Below, one piece after another: positions 28,836 through 39,425 of a DNA stretch of 64,000 bases (positions are counted from its first letter, which is position 1; the number at the start of each line of letters is the position of its first letter). The DNA comes from Candidatus Latescibacterota bacterium (GTDB lineage: Bacteria; Latescibacterota; UBA2968; UBA8231): assembly GCA_965219385.1 (NCBI GenBank), contig CBDCNM010000001.1, positions 422,631 through 486,630 on the forward strand, in the 5' to 3' direction. Position numbers and translations under genes: made by a program. The notes under the pieces are model-generated. The model worked only from the letters and a program-made list of their open reading frames with translations, made no database searches and had not been told where the DNA came from.

Positions 28836-30161
28836 ATGAACAACGCAGAGCTTTTCGAACGCGGTAAGAAGGTCTTGCCGGGAGGGGTGTGTTCCTCGAC
28901 CCGTTTGAACCAGGGACTGGGATACCCTGTCTATGTGGAACGGGCCGAGGGGGCGCACTTCACCAACGTGGATGGGCGCCGGTTCCTGGACATGTCGTGC
29001 GGACACGGAGCCGCGCTCCTGGGGCATGGGCATCCGGCCGTGCGCCGGGCCCTGATCCAGGCGGCGGAACTGGGGGTGTGCAGCGCCGCCGACATGGTCT
29101 ACCACATCGAGTTGGCCGAACAATTGTGCCAGCTGCTGCCCTGTGCCGAGCGGGTGCGTTTTACCAATTCGGGCACCGAGGCCACCCTCCACGCTCTGCG
29201 TTTGTGCCGCGCCGTTTCGGGACGCGACAAGATCATCCGCTTTACTGGACACTTCCACGGCTACCACGACTACACCTACATAGGCGGCCACCCGCCTCCC
29301 GAGGAGGTGGCGCGGGCCGGTTCTTTCCGCGAATCGGCCGGCATACCCAAAGCCATGAGCGAGTTCATCATCGCCGTGCCTTTCAACGACCTGGAGGCGG
29401 CGGCACGAGCTCTCGAACAGCACGGTGACGAGGTCGGCACAGTGATCCTGGAGCCGGTGGATTTCAACTGTGGCGGCATCCTGCCCCAGCCCGGCTATCT
29501 GGAGGGGTTGCGTCGACTTACCCTGGAAAAGGATGTCCTGCTTTTTTTCGACGAGGTCCAGACTTCCTTCAAAAAAAGTTCCGGAGGGGCGCAGCAGGAT
29601 TTTGGCGTGATGCCCGATATCTGCACCATTGGCAAATCCCTGGGCGGGGGCCTGCCGCTTTCGGCGATATGCGGCAGGGGGGACCTCATGGATCGCTTCA
29701 AGCCGGTGGGGGATGTGCAGCACAGCGGCACCTTTAATGCGCCGCTGCCCAATATCCTGGCTGGACGGGCTTTTTGCACCGAGATCAGCCGGGAGGAATT
29801 CTACCCGGAATTGCTGGATAAGGCCGAGCATTTCTACCGGGGGCTGGACGAGATGATCGCCCGGGTGGGGCTGCCGGTACAGGCCCCGCGCCACGGAGCG
29901 CGGTTCGGCCTGCTGATGGGTCTGGAGCGCGAACCGGTCAATTACAACGATGCCGTGGCACACCGCGTGGACCTGATGCTGGCTTTTGTGCGGGAGTGCG
30001 CCTCGGGTGGAGTCTACTTTCACGACTACGGCGGCGGTCCCTGCCACCACGGCTTCAGCGTGGCGCATACCAAAGCGGACCTGGAGCAGGTCCTGGATGC
30101 AATGGAGGGAGCCCTGCAAAGCATCAAAGAGGGTTTTGGGGTGCCGGCCGAAATGGCTTGA
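28836..30161 (+). CDS. Class III aminotransferase (glutamate-1-semialdehyde aminomutase-like)
   Basis: FTNSGTEA, FHG, DEV, GKSLGGGLP, SGTFN. Confidence 0.88.
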   Translation: MNNAELFERGKKVLPGGVCSSTRLNQGLGYPVYVERAEGAHFTNVDGRRFLDMSCGHGAALLGHGHPAVRRALIQAAELGVCSAADMVYHIELAEQLCQLLPCAERVRFTNSGTEATLHALRLCRAVSGRDKIIRFTGHFHGYHDYTYIGGHPPPEEVARAGSFRESAGIPKAMSEFIIAVPFNDLEAAARALEQHGDEVGTVILEPVDFNCGGILPQPGYLEGLRRLTLEKDVLLFFDEVQTSFKKSSGGAQQDFGVMPDICTIGKSLGGGLPLSAICGRGDLMDRFKPVGDVQHSGTFNAPLPNILAGRAFCTEISREEFYPELLDKAEHFYRGLDEMIARVGLPVQAPRHGARFGLLMGLEREPVNYNDAVAHRVDLMLAFVRECASGGVYFHDYGGGPCHHGFSVAHTKADLEQVLDAMEGALQSIKEGFGVPAEMA

Positions 30162-30204
30162 GGGGTACGGGAAAAGATAAAAACCCCACCGAAGGATTTG
30201 AGCA

Positions 30205-31563
30205 ATGATCGACGTGAAAGAGATTCGGGCCCAACCCGAAGCGCTGCGCCAGGCCATCCGTCTGCGCAAAGTGGATCCGGAAAAGGCCGATGTGGAGCGC
30301 TGGCTGGAATTGGACGGAGCAAGACGCCAGGTGCAGTCCGAGATAGACAGCCTCAATACCGAGAAGAAACAACTGGCGCGCCTGGGCCAAGCCGCCCCGG
30401 ACGCGGCGCGTCAGAAGGGTCAGGAGTTGCGCGAAAAATCCCGCGCCACGGAGCAGAAGTTGACGCGGATTACCGCGGAGTGGCAGGCCATCCTGGACTG
30501 GTTTCCCAACTGGCCTCACCCGGAAATGCCGCACGGAGATGGGGAAGAGGACAATGTCGAGGAGAAGGCCTGGATCCCGGGGACCAGGTACCTGGATCCC
30601 GAACAGCTGGGCAAGGGCGACCACAGTGTCTCCCTGATGCCCCGGCAGCTCTACCACGCCGAGGATGCGGATTTCAAGCCCCGGCACCATGCGGACCTGG
30701 CGCCGAAACTGGGGGTGGATACCTTGCAGGCAGCCCAGGTTTCAGGTTCGCGTTTCGCCTATATCCTGGGGGATATGGCCCTGGTTCAGTACGCCCTGAC
30801 CCAGTTGTTGATCGGGGAGCTTTTGCGCTGTGGTTACGAAATGATCATCCCGCCGCTGCTGGTACGCGAGCGCACCCTGTACGGGACCTCGCACTTTCCC
30901 GAGGGCCGCGATCAGGTCTATGCCATTACCAGGGACAATGTCGAGGAAGGGGCCCAACTCTTCCTGGTAGGGTCTTCAGAGCCGACCAACTTCAGCTACT
31001 TTATGGACCGGACGCTCAGGGAGGAGGACCTGCCCATCAAGGTTTTCGCCTCCACCTCGTGTTTCCGTTCCGAGGCCGGCTCCTGGGGCAAGGATGTGAA
31101 GGGCATCAAGCGGGTGCACCAGTTCGACAAGATCGAGATGAACGCGGTGTGCACACCCGAACAGTCCGAGGAGATATACGCCGAGTTCTCCGCGATCAAC
31201 GAGTGGCTGCTGCAAGAGTTGGAACTGCCCTATCGCGTGGTGGGCAAGTGCACCGGAGATGCCGGGTACCTGGCCAGCCACCAGCAACGCGATATGGAGG
31301 TGTGGCTGAGCGGCTCGGGCGAATACATGGAGGTCATGACCGATACCAACACCACGGACTACCAGGCGCGGCGGCTGAATATCCGCTACAAGGGCGCCAA
31401 GGGCGGCCCGAGATTTTGCCATACGGTAAACGACACGGGTTGTGCCATGGGCCGCATGCTGATCGCCATCATGGACAATTACCAGCAGAAGGACGGGGCG
31501 GTAAAGGTGCCGGAAGTCCTGCGGCCGGTGGTGGGAAAGGACCGCATAGAACCCCGGAAATGA
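30205..31563 (+). CDS. serS: Serine--tRNA ligase
   Basis: N-terminal coiled coil, FRSEAGS...RVHQFDKIE, TDYQARRLNIRY. Confidence 0.95.
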   Translation: MIDVKEIRAQPEALRQAIRLRKVDPEKADVERWLELDGARRQVQSEIDSLNTEKKQLARLGQAAPDAARQKGQELREKSRATEQKLTRITAEWQAILDWFPNWPHPEMPHGDGEEDNVEEKAWIPGTRYLDPEQLGKGDHSVSLMPRQLYHAEDADFKPRHHADLAPKLGVDTLQAAQVSGSRFAYILGDMALVQYALTQLLIGELLRCGYEMIIPPLLVRERTLYGTSHFPEGRDQVYAITRDNVEEGAQLFLVGSSEPTNFSYFMDRTLREEDLPIKVFASTSCFRSEAGSWGKDVKGIKRVHQFDKIEMNAVCTPEQSEEIYAEFSAINEWLLQELELPYRVVGKCTGDAGYLASHQQRDMEVWLSGSGEYMEVMTDTNTTDYQARRLNIRYKGAKGGPRFCHTVNDTGCAMGRMLIAIMDNYQQKDGAVKVPEVLRPVVGKDRIEPRK

Positions 31564-31572
31564 GGAGAGACC

Positions 31573-32466
31573 GTGACGGCTAGGATTTTGCGGGGAGAAG
31601 AAGTGGCCGCTGCCATGCGGGCCGAGATGCGGGCCGAGGTCCAGCGGTTGCAGACAGAGTATGGCGTGGTGCCGGGCTTGGCCGTGGTGCTGGTGGGGAG
31701 CGACCCGGCTTCGGTTTCCTATGTCAGAGGCAAGCGCAAGGCCTGCGATGAGCTGGGCATCCACTCGGTAGAGCGCAAGTTCGAGGCGGATCTGTCCGAG
31801 GAGAAGCTGATAGAAGTCGTGGAAAAACTCAACGCTGATTTTTCAATCCACGGCATCCTGGTGCAGCTGCCCCTTCCCGGGCAGGATGAGAGCCGGGTGT
31901 TGAATGCCGTCGACCCCGACAAGGATGTGGACGGACTGCATCCGGTCAACCTGGGCCGGCTGCTGCGCCAGGAAGAAGGTTTTTTGCCCTGTACGCCTCA
32001 TGGAGTACAGCAGATCCTGTTGCGCAGCGGTATCCAGGTCGAGAGCAGGCACGTGGTGATGGTGGGCCGCAGCAGCCTGGTGGGACGGCCTCTGGCCAAT
32101 ATCCTGGTCCAGAAGAGCGCCGAGGCCAATGCCACCGTCACTGTATGCCATTCCGGGACCCGGGGCCTGGGCTGTTTCACCCGCCAGGCCGATATCCTGA
32201 TTGTGGCAATCGGACACACCGGGATGATTACGGCGGACATGGTGAAAGAGGGTGCCGTGGTGATCGATGTGGGGGTAAACAGGGTGGAAGATCCTACCAG
32301 GAAGAGGGGCTACCGGCTGGTAGGCGATGTGGATTACGCCGGGGTGAGGCAAAAGGCCAGCGCCATCACGCCGGTGCCGGGCGGGGTGGGCCCCATGACC
32401 ATCACTATGCTGCTCTACAACACCATCTGGTCGGCCAGGAGGGCGCATGGATTGCTTGGTGCATAA
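31573..32466 (+). CDS. folD: Methylenetetrahydrofolate dehydrogenase/cyclohydrolase
   Basis: KDVDGLHP, PCTP, TPVPGGVGPMT. Confidence 0.96.
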   Translation: MTARILRGEEVAAAMRAEMRAEVQRLQTEYGVVPGLAVVLVGSDPASVSYVRGKRKACDELGIHSVERKFEADLSEEKLIEVVEKLNADFSIHGILVQLPLPGQDESRVLNAVDPDKDVDGLHPVNLGRLLRQEEGFLPCTPHGVQQILLRSGIQVESRHVVMVGRSSLVGRPLANILVQKSAEANATVTVCHSGTRGLGCFTRQADILIVAIGHTGMITADMVKEGAVVIDVGVNRVEDPTRKRGYRLVGDVDYAGVRQKASAITPVPGGVGPMTITMLLYNTIWSARRAHGLLGA

Positions 32467-32501
32467 AATTTCTACCAGCTACAACTCGAGGAGGAAAAAC
32501 C

Positions 32502-33347
32502 ATGGATACGTCCTGCCTGGATTATTGTTTGAGCGAAGAAGAGCGCCTGGCATTCGAGCAGGACGGATTCTTCGCGGTCGAAGACGCGCTGCCTCCACAG
32601 CTGGTCGCGGATCTGATCGGGGTGGTGGATCGGGTCGATGCTCAGTCCCGCAAAGAAAAGGGACTGGGGCCGCACGAGCCGAATCTCCTGCTGGACTTCA
32701 TAGGCAAGGACGACCTCTTCCTGGAACTGCTCGACTGGTCGAAAACCTTTCCCAAAGTATGGGGCATCCTGGGCTGGCACATACAGCTCTACCACTCCCA
32801 CCTGGTAACCCTTCCCCCCGTAGCACCCGGCGCAGCGCGCCAGAAGAGGCGGCTGGGCTGGCACCAGGACAGCGGGCGCTTGAACATTGAGCTGGAGGGC
32901 AACCCCCGGCCGCGGGTCTCCCTCAAGGTGGCGTATTTTCTGACCGATACCACGGAACTGGATCGGGGTAATTTCACCGTAGTTCCCGGCAGCCACCGGC
33001 GCAACGAGCTGGAGATGCCCGCCGAGGAGACTGCCGACCCCGAAGGGGCTACGCCTGTTTGCGCGAAGCCGGGCACGGCGGTTTTTTTTGACCGCCGGCT
33101 GTGGCACTCGGCGGGGATCAACCGTTCGATCACCCGCAAGGTGCTGTTTTACGGGTACAGCTACCGCTGGCTCAGGCCCAGAGACGATATGACCGTGAGT
33201 CACTACATGGACCGCTGTGATCCGATCCGCCGGCAGTTGCTGGGCGCCGGTACAGGCGGGATGGGCTATACCTCTCCCGGCGAAGCGGATGTGCCCTTGC
33301 GGGCGTGGATGAGGGAACACCTGGGCGAAGCGGCCGTGGTGCCGTAA
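32502..33347 (+). CDS. Phytanoyl-CoA dioxygenase family protein
   Basis: WHQDSGR, PGSH, DRRLWHS. Confidence 0.9.
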   Translation: MDTSCLDYCLSEEERLAFEQDGFFAVEDALPPQLVADLIGVVDRVDAQSRKEKGLGPHEPNLLLDFIGKDDLFLELLDWSKTFPKVWGILGWHIQLYHSHLVTLPPVAPGAARQKRRLGWHQDSGRLNIELEGNPRPRVSLKVAYFLTDTTELDRGNFTVVPGSHRRNELEMPAEETADPEGATPVCAKPGTAVFFDRRLWHSAGINRSITRKVLFYGYSYRWLRPRDDMTVSHYMDRCDPIRRQLLGAGTGGMGYTSPGEADVPLRAWMREHLGEAAVVP

Positions 33348-33367
33348 AATTTGTGGAGGAATAAAAA

Positions 33368-34246
33368 ATGGATCGCGATTGTCTTGCTCACGCCTTGACC
33401 GACGAAGAGCACAGACATTTCGGGGAGCAAGGTTTTCTCGTAGTTGAAAACGCCTTATCGCAGGAGATGGTGGAGCGCCTGACCTCGGCCGTAGACCATC
33501 TCCACCAAGAGGCCCTGGAAGCAGGCCAGGCAAGCCCCGACAAATTGTGGAGCACGACGAGCTTCTTCGAGCGCGACGAGGTTTTTCTGGAGTTGCTCGA
33601 CTGGCCCACGGTCCTGCCCAAGGTCTGGGGTATTTTAGGGTGGAATATCTTCCTGTACCACGCGCACGCGACCATCAAACCTCCGGAGCCGGATACCGGA
33701 CCAGGAGAGGGGTGGCTGGAGTGGCACCAGGACAGTGGGCGGGTCAATGTCGAACTCGGAACATTTCCGGCCGCGCGCCTGTCCCTCAAAGTTGGTTATT
33801 TCCTCACCGATGTCTCGCAGGCCGGACGGGGCAATTTCTACATCATTCCCGGCAGCCACCTTGTCGACGAAGTGCCGCTCTCCTCCGAGGTGGGGCGCGA
33901 TCCGCGCGAGGCGACCGCCGCTGCCACGCCGGATGCGGCCGCGCCGGTCTGCGTGGAGCCGGGCACCGCGGTGCTCTTCGATCGGCGCCTCTGGCACTCC
34001 CGTAGTGCGAATCATTCCAATCTCACCCGCAAGGCCCTGTTCTACGGCTACGGTTATCGCTGGATTCGCCCCAAAGACGACATGGTGGTAGAACATCTGT
34101 ACGAACGTCTCGACCCGGTCCGCCGGCAGCTGCTGGGCGCCGCGGTCAAAAACAACGGACGTTACGCGCCGACGGATGAAGATGTGCCGCTGAGGACCTG
34201 GCTCATCGAACACCTCGGTGCAGAGGTCGTGGCTGCGATGGATTGA
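33368..34246 (+). CDS. Phytanoyl-CoA dioxygenase family protein (tandem paralog)
   Basis: WHQDSGR, PGSH, DRRLWHS; closely similar to the upstream gene. Confidence 0.9.
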   Translation: MDRDCLAHALTDEEHRHFGEQGFLVVENALSQEMVERLTSAVDHLHQEALEAGQASPDKLWSTTSFFERDEVFLELLDWPTVLPKVWGILGWNIFLYHAHATIKPPEPDTGPGEGWLEWHQDSGRVNVELGTFPAARLSLKVGYFLTDVSQAGRGNFYIIPGSHLVDEVPLSSEVGRDPREATAAATPDAAAPVCVEPGTAVLFDRRLWHSRSANHSNLTRKALFYGYGYRWIRPKDDMVVEHLYERLDPVRRQLLGAAVKNNGRYAPTDEDVPLRTWLIEHLGAEVVAAMD

Positions 34247-34278
34247 AACAATCCTGGTCTCGAGGGATCGCCTAGGGG

Positions 34279-35418
34279 TCAAATCGGGGATTGCGGTCCA
34301 GAGGCCAACTCCAGCGGCACTCCGCAGGTAGCGGATAAAATCCGTAGATCCGCTGCTACCTTGTCGGAAAGGGGTATCCCGGTTCGCTGGCGTTCACCGG
34401 CGGTTTTGTGTTCTATTTCACCGGCCATGTAGACCTGTTCCTGCCCGGGCTCGGGGGTTGATGCGTGCAGGGTGCGCACGGTCTCGTCTACCGCGCGTTT
34501 GAACTCCGCGGGCGCGCCGAACTGGTCGATCCGCAGGGCGCCGAAGAAGTGGGCGCAGCCCTCCTGGGCATAGCCGGTGCGCTCTTTTTGTTGTGTGGCC
34601 TTGTCTCCCAATACTCTCTTCGGGTCCGGATTTTCACACCAGGCCCCGGAAAGCACCCCTGTGAGGAAGTGAACCATCATGGCCAGACCGAATCCCTTGT
34701 GGCCACCCTGCTCCCGGGTGCCGCCCAGGGGCAGGAGATGCTTTACCATTTGCGGATCCGTGGTGGGCTGGTGACGCTCGTCCAGACCCCAGCCTGGTGG
34801 AATTGATTGGCTGGTTTCGCCGAATAGTTCGATGCGATTGTAGGGCGCAGTCGAGGTCGCCATGTCCAGGACAAAAGGTGGTTCCTCGGCGCCGGGCAGG
34901 GCCATGGCTATCGGGTTGGTACCCATGATCGGGTCCATGCCGCCCAGGGGCAGGACCCCTATTGCCGGGGGTTGGTCAAACAGATAGCCTGTCATGCACA
35001 GGCCGATCATGTCGCGTTCGACGGCCATGTGGGCGTAATAACTGGCCGCGCCCAGGTGATTGGAGTTGCGCATGGCCACGAAACCCATTCCTGTCCGGGC
35101 CGCTTTATCGAGGGCCAGGCGCATACCCCAGCAGGCAGCGGCAAGGCCGGGTCCGGCGCAGCCGTTGGCGCGCGCCGCCAGCGGGGTTTGGAAATCGATG
35201 CTGAATTCGACCTGGGGATCGATGGTTCCATCGAACACGCCCTCGACGTAATAGGGCCTTAAATTGCGCACGCCGTGGGTATCGATGCCACGCAGACTGG
35301 TCCAGGTCAGCACTTCCGCGGTGTCCGCGGCTTGCTGGTTGGAAAGGCCGACGCACTCCAGGATGCGCCTAGCAAAGGGTTGCAAGACCTCGGCGCGAAT
35401 GAACTGGGAATGGCTCAA
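34279..35418 (-). CDS. Ldh_2 (malate/L-lactate/ureidoglycolate dehydrogenase) family oxidoreductase
   Basis: GIDTHG, NSNHLG, GTNPIA, LDMATS, GHKGFGL. Confidence 0.9.
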   Translation of the reverse strand: MSHSQFIRAEVLQPFARRILECVGLSNQQAADTAEVLTWTSLRGIDTHGVRNLRPYYVEGVFDGTIDPQVEFSIDFQTPLAARANGCAGPGLAAACWGMRLALDKAARTGMGFVAMRNSNHLGAASYYAHMAVERDMIGLCMTGYLFDQPPAIGVLPLGGMDPIMGTNPIAMALPGAEEPPFVLDMATSTAPYNRIELFGETSQSIPPGWGLDERHQPTTDPQMVKHLLPLGGTREQGGHKGFGLAMMVHFLTGVLSGAWCENPDPKRVLGDKATQQKERTGYAQEGCAHFFGALRIDQFGAPAEFKRAVDETVRTLHASTPEPGQEQVYMAGEIEHKTAGERQRTGIPLSDKVAADLRILSATCGVPLELASGPQSPI

Positions 35419-35582
35419 TGCTCGTACCTTGTTTGGGGTTTACGCCAGGATGGAGAAAGAAGAAAGCAAAAATGTCCCAGAGCAGCAAGCCTGTTAGCGC
35501 TTGCACAACACCCCGTCCCCTCCTATTTTCAGCGACGAACGAGCTTGACATATCGCGGCGCTGAAAGGAAAGGAAAGCAAAC

Positions 35583-37058
35583 ATGAGCCATCCGACAGTA
35601 CCCATCCTGATCGAGGCGCAATGGCTGCAGCCCGAGGTCGAGGCCTGGGGGCCGGTGCACAACCCTTCCGCCGGCGAAACCATTGCGCAAACCCCGATGT
35701 GCGGCGCCAGGGAGGTAGATCGGGCCGTGCAGGCGGCGCAGAAGGCCTTTGCCTCCTGGTCGAAGACGCCCGCCACCAAGCGCGCCGGCACGATGTTTCG
35801 CTACCGCGAACTGCTGGAGGCGCATTGCGAAGAACTCAGCCGGATAATCGTGCGCGAGAACGGCAAAACCCTGGAGGAGGCCAGGGGGGATGTGCGCCGG
35901 GGGCTGGAGGTGGTCGAATTCGCCTGCAATATAGGTCATCTGGCCAAAGGAGAAAACCTGCCTCAAGTGGCCGATGGGGTCGATGGCCTGACCATGCGCG
36001 AGCCGGTCGGGGTCTGCGCCGGCATCACCCCTTTCAACTTTCCGGCCATGGTGCCGATGTGGATGTTTCCCCTGGCCATTGCCTGCGGCAATGCCTTTAT
36101 CCTGAAACCCAGCGAAAAGGTACCGCTCACCGCCAACCGGCTGGGGGAACTCCTGCTGGAGGCGGGGCTTCCCGAAGGGGTATTCAACATTGTGCACGGA
36201 GGCAGGGAAGTGGTGGAGGCGATCTGCACCCACCCTGGCATACGCGCCATCAGCTTTGTGGGCTCGTCGCCCGTGGCCCAGTACGTGTACCAGGTGGGCG
36301 GCCAGCACGGCAAGAGGGTGCAGTCGGCAGGAGGCGCCAAGAATGTGCTGCTGGCCCTGCCGGATGCCCCGCCGGAGCCGACGATTCGCGCCATCATGGG
36401 GTCTGCTTTTGGCTGCGCCGGACAACGGTGCATGGCCGGCTCCCTGCTTCTGGGCATTGGCACGGCCACCGAACCCTTGCGCGATCGGGTGGTCGAAGCC
36501 ATGGACGCCCTCGCGGTGGATGACACCCTGGCCAACCCGGAGGCGGGCATGGGTCCGGTGATTGACGGCCGGTCCCGGGACCGCATCTTCGCACGCATCG
36601 AACAGAGCGCGGCTCAGGGGACCAGGGTGGTGCGGGACGGGCGGCGAGACATTCCCGACAAAGGCTTTTTTGTCGGACCTACTCTGTTCGATGAGGTCAC
36701 GCCCGAGCACCCGACTTTTTGCGAAGAACTCTTCGGGCCGGTTCTGGGCGTGATGCGCCCTGAATCGCTGAGCGCGGCCATCGAGTGGATCAATCGTATT
36801 CCCTACGGCAATGCCGCCACCATTTTTACCAGCAGCGGCAGTGCGGCGCGGCGGTTCGCCCACGAAACCGAGTGCGGCATGATCGGGATCAACCTGGGGG
36901 TTCCGGCGCCTGTGGCCCTGTTCTCGTTTTCGGGTTGGGATCGGTCATTTTACGGGGATTTGCACGTCCAGGGAATAGAAGGAGTGATGTTCTACACGCG
37001 CCAGAAGACGGTCCTGTCGCGCTGGGACGCGGATTGCGTCCGGGTGCAGGGCTGGTAA
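35583..37058 (+). CDS. mmsA: CoA-acylating (methyl)malonate-semialdehyde dehydrogenase
   Basis: ITPFNFPAMVP, GAKN, AFGCAGQRCMA. Confidence 0.9.
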   Translation: MSHPTVPILIEAQWLQPEVEAWGPVHNPSAGETIAQTPMCGAREVDRAVQAAQKAFASWSKTPATKRAGTMFRYRELLEAHCEELSRIIVRENGKTLEEARGDVRRGLEVVEFACNIGHLAKGENLPQVADGVDGLTMREPVGVCAGITPFNFPAMVPMWMFPLAIACGNAFILKPSEKVPLTANRLGELLLEAGLPEGVFNIVHGGREVVEAICTHPGIRAISFVGSSPVAQYVYQVGGQHGKRVQSAGGAKNVLLALPDAPPEPTIRAIMGSAFGCAGQRCMAGSLLLGIGTATEPLRDRVVEAMDALAVDDTLANPEAGMGPVIDGRSRDRIFARIEQSAAQGTRVVRDGRRDIPDKGFFVGPTLFDEVTPEHPTFCEELFGPVLGVMRPESLSAAIEWINRIPYGNAATIFTSSGSAARRFAHETECGMIGINLGVPAPVALFSFSGWDRSFYGDLHVQGIEGVMFYTRQKTVLSRWDADCVRVQGW

Positions 37059-37098
37059 TGAGCAGGCTTCTAAACAACAGGAGCGGGAAGTCGTGGAA

Positions 37099-38379
37099 AT
37101 GGAAAAAGACATTGCTTTTGAGATGGCCGCATCGAATATCCGTTTTGGCCCGGGCACGACCCGCGAAGTGGGCATGGACCTGGCCGACCGCGGGCTCAAA
37201 AGGGTGATGGTGCTCTACGATCCCAACTTGAGCCCGCTGCCTCCCGTGACCACGGCCCTGGAGTCCCTCGAGGCGGAAAGGATCGAATTTTCCTGCTTCG
37301 ACCAGGTGCATGTAGAACCTACGGACGCCTCGTTTAAGGCGGCCATCCAGTTCGCCCGGGAGGGGAATTTCGCCGGCTTTGTGGCCATAGGGGGCGGCTC
37401 GACCATGGACACGGCCAAGGCAGCCAATCTCTATTCGACGTATCCCCCCGAGGATTTCCTGGACTACGTCAATGCGCCGATCGGCAAGAGCCTGCCCGTA
37501 CCCGGACCGCTCAAGCACCTGATCGCCATTCCGACTACGGCGGGCACCGGCAGCGAGACCACGGGGGTCTCCATCTTCGACTTTGTAGAGATGCACTCCA
37601 AGACCGGCATTGCCGACCGCTATTTGAAGCCCGCCCTCGGGATCGTTGACCCCGAAAACACCCGCACCATGCCGGCGGCCGTGGCCGCGTCCACGGGCCT
37701 GGACGTGCTCAGCCACGCTCTGGAGTCGTTCACCGCCATATCCTTCGACGAGCGTCCCCGGCCGGAAAGGCCCCTTTTGCGTCCCGCGTACCAGGGTTCC
37801 AACCCAATCAGTGATTTGTGGGCCCTGGAAGCTTTGCGGATGGTGTCGGCTTACCTGCCCCGCGCCGTGGCGGATCCGCGGGACGATGAAGCCCGGAGCC
37901 AGATGATCCTGGCCGCGTCCTTTGCCGGCATGGGGTTCGGCAATGCCGGCGTCCACCTGCCCCACGGCATGTCCTACCCGGTGGCGGGCATGGTCCGCGA
38001 ATACGTGCCACCGGGGTACGCGGTGGATTACCCGCTGGTGCCGCACGGCATTTCGGTGATCCTCAATGCCCCGGCGGTGTTTCGCTTTACCGGACCGGCC
38101 TGTCCGGACCGGCACTTGCTGGCCGCCGGGGTGCTGGGAGCGGATACTGCCGGCGGGCGCGAAGCCGATGCCGGCCAGATTCTGGCCGACCAGCTCATCT
38201 CCTTCATGCACCGTCTCGGGGTCCCCAATGGTTTGAGCGCCCTGGGCTACACCAGGGAACACATCCCCGATCTGGTTGAGGGAACCCTGCCCCAGCACCG
38301 GGTGACCAAGCTTGCGCCGCGGCCGGCCGGGGAAGAGGAACTGGCGGCGCTTTTCGAGGACGCCCTGAACTACTGGTAG
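37099..38379 (+). CDS. Hydroxyacid-oxoacid transhydrogenase (ADHFE1-like Fe-ADH)
   Basis: VNAPIGK, PTTAGTGSETTG, RPAYQGSNP, GVHLPHGMSYP. Confidence 0.9.
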   Translation: MEKDIAFEMAASNIRFGPGTTREVGMDLADRGLKRVMVLYDPNLSPLPPVTTALESLEAERIEFSCFDQVHVEPTDASFKAAIQFAREGNFAGFVAIGGGSTMDTAKAANLYSTYPPEDFLDYVNAPIGKSLPVPGPLKHLIAIPTTAGTGSETTGVSIFDFVEMHSKTGIADRYLKPALGIVDPENTRTMPAAVAASTGLDVLSHALESFTAISFDERPRPERPLLRPAYQGSNPISDLWALEALRMVSAYLPRAVADPRDDEARSQMILAASFAGMGFGNAGVHLPHGMSYPVAGMVREYVPPGYAVDYPLVPHGISVILNAPAVFRFTGPACPDRHLLAAGVLGADTAGGREADAGQILADQLISFMHRLGVPNGLSALGYTREHIPDLVEGTLPQHRVTKLAPRPAGEEELAALFEDALNYW

Positions 38380-38493
38380 GGATGGGCGACGGGCACCGGC
38401 GCCATGGGAGCGCAAGGCGTTTGAACGAATTGAGTGCCAGCAACACCACCGATAACTCGCCGTCCGCTCACCCTGGTGGTCGGACCATGTGCA

Positions 38494-39408
38494 ATGTCTT
38501 CTAAGCAAATCTACATTGAGGTGCCTGGGTCTACGGCCAATCTGGGGCCAGGCTTCGACTGCCTGGGATTGGGGCTGGCGCTGTATCACAGGCTGAAGGT
38601 AGCTGAAATCGAAGGAGCGGGGTTGGCGATCGAGGCAAGCGGGGAAGGGGCCGAGGTGGTCCCTCTGGATGAAAGCAATGCGATCTATCAGGCCATGGAT
38701 CAGGTCTTTGTGAATTCGGGCTACCAGCCCGGCCGGCTCTATCTGGAATCCCACAATGAAATCCCCCTGGCGGCCGGGCTGGGGAGCAGTGCCGCCGCCT
38801 ACGTGGCCGGCCTCGCCGCCGGCATGCTGCTGAGCGGCCGGGAACTGGACCCGGAGTATCTCATCGGGATGGGCACAGCAGAGGAAGGCCATGCGGATAA
38901 TGTGGTGGCCTGCGTCCTGGGGGGCTTCACCGTGGTAGGGGGGGCCGGTACGCGGCTCGACTACGTCCGCCTGGAACCACCCGGGGAACTGAGGGTGGTG
39001 GTGGTGGTGCCGGATTTTTTGTTGCCGACCCAAAAGGCCCGGTCGGTGTTGCCGGGCCAGGTGCCTTTCCGGGATGCCATCCTCAATCAGGGCCGCGTCG
39101 GGCTGTTGACGGCTGCCATGGCCAGCGGCCGGCTCGAGGTTTTGCGCTCGGCCATGGAGGACGTTCTGCATCAATCCTATCGGGCGGAACTGATTCCCGG
39201 ATTGGAAGAGGTGCGCCAGGCTGCTCTCGAGATCGGGGCCCTGGGCACGGCCCTCAGTGGAGCTGGACCTACTGTGCTGGCCCTGGTGCGCCAGGGCGAT
39301 GCAGGGGTGGGCGCGGCCATGCAGCGAGCCTGGCGCCGGAAAGGGATTGAATCCCGCAGTATGGTTCTCGAGGTCGACAGGAGTGGCCTGAGAGCCGCCA
39401 TCGAGTAG
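38494..39408 (+). CDS. thrB: Homoserine kinase
   Basis: STANLGPGFD, GLGSSAA, HADN, SGAGPT. Confidence 0.92.
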   Translation: MSSKQIYIEVPGSTANLGPGFDCLGLGLALYHRLKVAEIEGAGLAIEASGEGAEVVPLDESNAIYQAMDQVFVNSGYQPGRLYLESHNEIPLAAGLGSSAAAYVAGLAAGMLLSGRELDPEYLIGMGTAEEGHADNVVACVLGGFTVVGGAGTRLDYVRLEPPGELRVVVVVPDFLLPTQKARSVLPGQVPFRDAILNQGRVGLLTAAMASGRLEVLRSAMEDVLHQSYRAELIPGLEEVRQAALEIGALGTALSGAGPTVLALVRQGDAGVGAAMQRAWRRKGIESRSMVLEVDRSGLRAAIE

Positions 39409-39425
39409 GAGCAAGGTGGAAAAAC

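Noticed and set aside
28836..30161. Calling this gene hemL
   Set aside because: Diverged motifs (GVCSSTR, DEVQTSF) suggest a paralog of unknown substrate.
31615..31638. 12-bp tandem repeat in folD (MRAEMRAE)
   Set aside because: Fits the normal helix length of FolD; no sign of an insertion.
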